Below, one piece after another: positions 61,844 to 64,000 of a stretch of DNA of 64,000 nucleotides (within the stretch, counting starts at the first letter, position 1; each line of letters opens with the position of its first letter). The stretch covers positions 576,001 through 640,000 of the forward strand of contig CM000153.2 in assembly GCA_000004695.1 (NCBI GenBank). Direction: 5' to 3'. The DNA is from Dictyostelium discoideum. Lineage: Eukaryota. The notes beneath the pieces were generated by a model. The model saw only the letters and a program-made list of their open reading frames with translations. It made no database searches and was not told the origin of the DNA. A program made the translations under genes and the position numbers.

Positions 61844-62134
61844 CTATATTTTTTGCCATGGTTTTGCAGTATTTGGAATTAAACTTCCTAAAGTTGTAGT
61901 TGTAGTTGGGGTTGAAGATGATGATTGTTTAGTTTCTTTGGATTGTTCTTGTGGTTGTTGTGGTTGTTTTGAAGATTTAATTTGTTCTTGTTTTAATTCG
62001 TCGTATTGTGGTTTTAATTCTTTTAAAATTGAAATTTTACCGCTTGTAAGGTTTGGTTGTGCTGTTTTCTCCTCTATAAGTACAACAGTTTCTAAATTAT
62101 ATAATTTTTCAGAAGTTAATAATATGATAATCAT
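61844..62134 (-). CDS. Small hypothetical protein (96 aa, MIIILLTSEKLYNLETVVLIEEKTAQPNLTSGKISILKELKPQYDELKQEQIKSSKQPQQPQEQSKETKQSSSSTPTTTTTLGSLIPNTAKPWQKI)
   Basis: Single ORF from ATG to TAG with coding-like composition in an otherwise AT-only region. The first ~18 residues loosely resemble an SRP14 N-terminus but the rest does not. Overlaps a spurious plus-strand poly-Ile ORF. Confidence 0.35.
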   Translation of the reverse strand: MIIILLTSEKLYNLETVVLIEEKTAQPNLTSGKISILKELKPQYDELKQEQIKSSKQPQQPQEQSKETKQSSSSTPTTTTTLGSLIPNTAKPWQKI

Positions 62135-62483
62135 TTTAATATATGATAATAAATCTACTAAAAAAAAAAAAAAAAAAAAAAAAAAAGTGATCTATATTTT
62201 AATATTATATATGTGGTGTGTTTGTATTTTATTACTCTTGTTATCGTGGTTTGCTTTGTCCCATGCTAAAAAAAAAAAAAAAAAAAAATTAAATGTTAGA
62301 ACATTCAAAATTGGAAAATAAAATAAAATTATATTACTTTAACAATAAAATACAAACATTCTTGTAAATATTTATTGGATTCGTGTGATTTAAACCTCAT
62401 TTTCTTTGTCGAAAAATATTTAATTTTAAAAATAAATTGTTGAAGAGAAAAAAAAAAAATAAAAATGAAAAATTAATTTTTTG

Positions 62484-62526
<43 letters not shown>

Positions 62527-62799
62527 CAAAAAAAAAAGACAAAAAGCATTTTTTTGAAAAAAAAAAAAAAAGCAAATTGTCATATGAACTGTTTGAAAAA
62601 ATAAACAAAGTTACAAGATTGTAATAAAATTTTGATTTCTTTTTTTTTATTTTATTTTTTTTTTTGCTTTTTTTAACACTTGATATTACTCTTTTTTTCT
62701 TTTTAATTTTATAATTTATTTATTATACCAATAAAACAATTGTTTTTTTTTTAAAATTTTTTTTTTTTTTATTATTACTATTATTTTTTATTTTTTTAT

Positions 62800-64000
62800 T
62801 TAAAATGATGGAATACCAGTAATAGCTCTACCAAGAATAAGAGCATGAATATCATGAGTACCTTCATAAGTGTTTACAGTTTCTAAATTTGCAGCATGAC
62901 GAATTACATGATATTCATCAGCGATACCATTACCACCCAACATATCACGAGATTGACGAGCGATATCTAAAGATTTACCACAAGAGTTACGTTTAATTAA
63001 AGAGATTCTTTCTGGGGTAGCTTTACCAGCATCAATTAAACGACCTACTTGATAACAAGCTTGAAGACCCAAAGAGATTTCAGTGGCCATATCAGCTAAT
63101 TTCTTTTGATATAATTGATTTGCAGCCAATGGTTTACCAAATTGTTTACGATCTAAACCATATTGACGAGCGGTAGAATAACAAAATTCGGCAGCACCCA
63201 ATGAACCCCAACCAATACCATAACGTGCTTTATTCAAACAAGAGAAAGGACCTCTTAAACCTTTAACCTCTGGGAACATTGCAGTTGGTGGTACTTCGAC
63301 ATCCTCCATAACGATCATACCAGTGATGGATGCACGTAATGATAACTTACCCTCGATCTTTGGTGCGCTCAAACCCTTCATACCCTTCTCCAAAACGAAA
63401 CCACGAATATCACCATTCTCCACCTTTGCCCAAACCACAAACACATCGGCAATTGGTGAATTGGTAATCCAAGTTTTAGTTCCATTCAATACGTAATTAC
63501 CTGCACTGTTTTTAACGGCACGAGTTTGCATACCTGCTGGATCTGAACCTGCATTTGGTTCGGTTAACCCGAAACATCCCACCAAATCACCACTTGCAAG
63601 ACCGTCTAAATACTTTGATTTTTGTGCATCGGTACCAAAGGTATTGATTGGATGCATTACCAATGAAGATTGAACACTCATTGCAGAACGATAACCACTG
63701 TCAACCTTCTCTACTGCGTTTGCCATCAAACCATAGGCGACATGTGAAACACCACCATAGGCTGGAATGGTTGCACCCAACATACCCATCTTACCATACT
63801 CTCTCATAATCTCTCTATCGAATTTCTCATCTCTATAGGCCATTTGAATACGTGGCATTAATTCATCTTGACAAAATTTATTAACTTGATCTCTAATCAT
63901 AACTTCCTCTTCTGTCAATAATGATTCCAATGATAATGGATCGTTCCATTCAAATTTATCACCTGGTACAATTGTACCAAAACTTCTTTTATTTTTTAAT
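62800..64000 (-). CDS. gcdh: Glutaryl-CoA dehydrogenase (mitochondrial acyl-CoA dehydrogenase family); 5' end beyond the window
   Basis: Near-collinear identity with human GCDH throughout ([24 protein letters not shown]...[20 protein letters not shown]...[21 protein letters not shown]...[21 protein letters not shown]...[19 protein letters not shown]). The open frame extends upstream of the track ORF's Met (63930) to the window edge, covering the FDWxDPL region that precedes the mature-enzyme core. Confidence 0.8.
   Translation of the reverse strand, partial: LKNKRSFGTIVPGDKFEWNDPLSLESLLTEEEVMIRDQVNKFCQDELMPRIQMAYRDEKFDREIMREYGKMGMLGATIPAYGGVSHVAYGLMANAVEKVDSGYRSAMSVQSSLVMHPINTFGTDAQKSKYLDGLASGDLVGCFGLTEPNAGSDPAGMQTRAVKNSAGNYVLNGTKTWITNSPIADVFVVWAKVENGDIRGFVLEKGMKGLSAPKIEGKLSLRASITGMIVMEDVEVPPTAMFPEVKGLRGPFSCLNKARYGIGWGSLGAAEFCYSTARQYGLDRKQFGKPLAANQLYQKKLADMATEISLGLQACYQVGRLIDAGKATPERISLIKRNSCGKSLDIARQSRDMLGGNGIADEYHVIRHAANLETVNTYEGTHDIHALILGRAITGIPSF

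Noticed and set aside
62135-62290. ATGGGACAAAGCAAACCACGATAA upstream of the small 61844..62134 gene as a possible upstream exon
   Set aside because: In-frame TAA after 7 codons and no GT donor in phase.

Overview
This window reads as nuclear genomic DNA from a Dictyostelium-like social amoeba (my estimate ~75-78% A+T). Intergenic and intronic DNA is almost pure A/T with long homopolymers, and the coding regions carry (AAT)n, (CAA)n and (GAT)n tracts that translate as poly-Asn, poly-Gln and poly-Ser. Introns are short (about 70-220 bp), AT-rich, and use GTAAGT/GTATGT...AG boundaries. No prokaryotic architecture, rRNA or tRNA gene was recognised by eye (no structure search was possible), and no CRISPR array or transposon.

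The 'M' at the start of some supplied ORFs is an alternative start codon (TTG at 2678 and 49497, GTG at 51592), so I rebuilt gene models by hand-tracing splice sites. This gave about 24 protein-coding genes.

Genes recognised:
- golgin CASP (5' partial)
- a GNAT acetyltransferase
- a Vti1-like Qb-SNARE
- RNA polymerase subunit RPABC4
- an ADF/cofilin
- a ~2080-aa protein with a 7-bladed RCC1 propeller
- a uridine-kinase/CYTH-like fusion
- a TKL kinase with WD40 repeats
- a TPR protein
- WDR70
- cathepsin Z/X
- TFIIIB subunit Bdp1
- an ABCA-type half transporter
- a ~2400-aa SPRY-SAM-kinase protein resembling SplA
- an F-box/LRR-like protein
- an Rh-type ammonium transporter
- glutaryl-CoA dehydrogenase (5' partial)

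The rest are several Asn/Gln-rich hypothetical proteins.

The most interesting candidates:
- A ~1850-aa KNL1/Spc105-like kinetochore scaffold with an N-terminal RVSF PP1-docking motif and MELT-like repeats.
- A tandem pair of tiny Ser-rich genes that share a conserved 10-nt first exon.
- The SplA-like gene, which has no identifiable start codon in this sequence.
- An intron built from an inverted (AAT)n/(ATT)n microsatellite.

There is also a 100-N assembly gap, with low-quality-looking sequence beside it.
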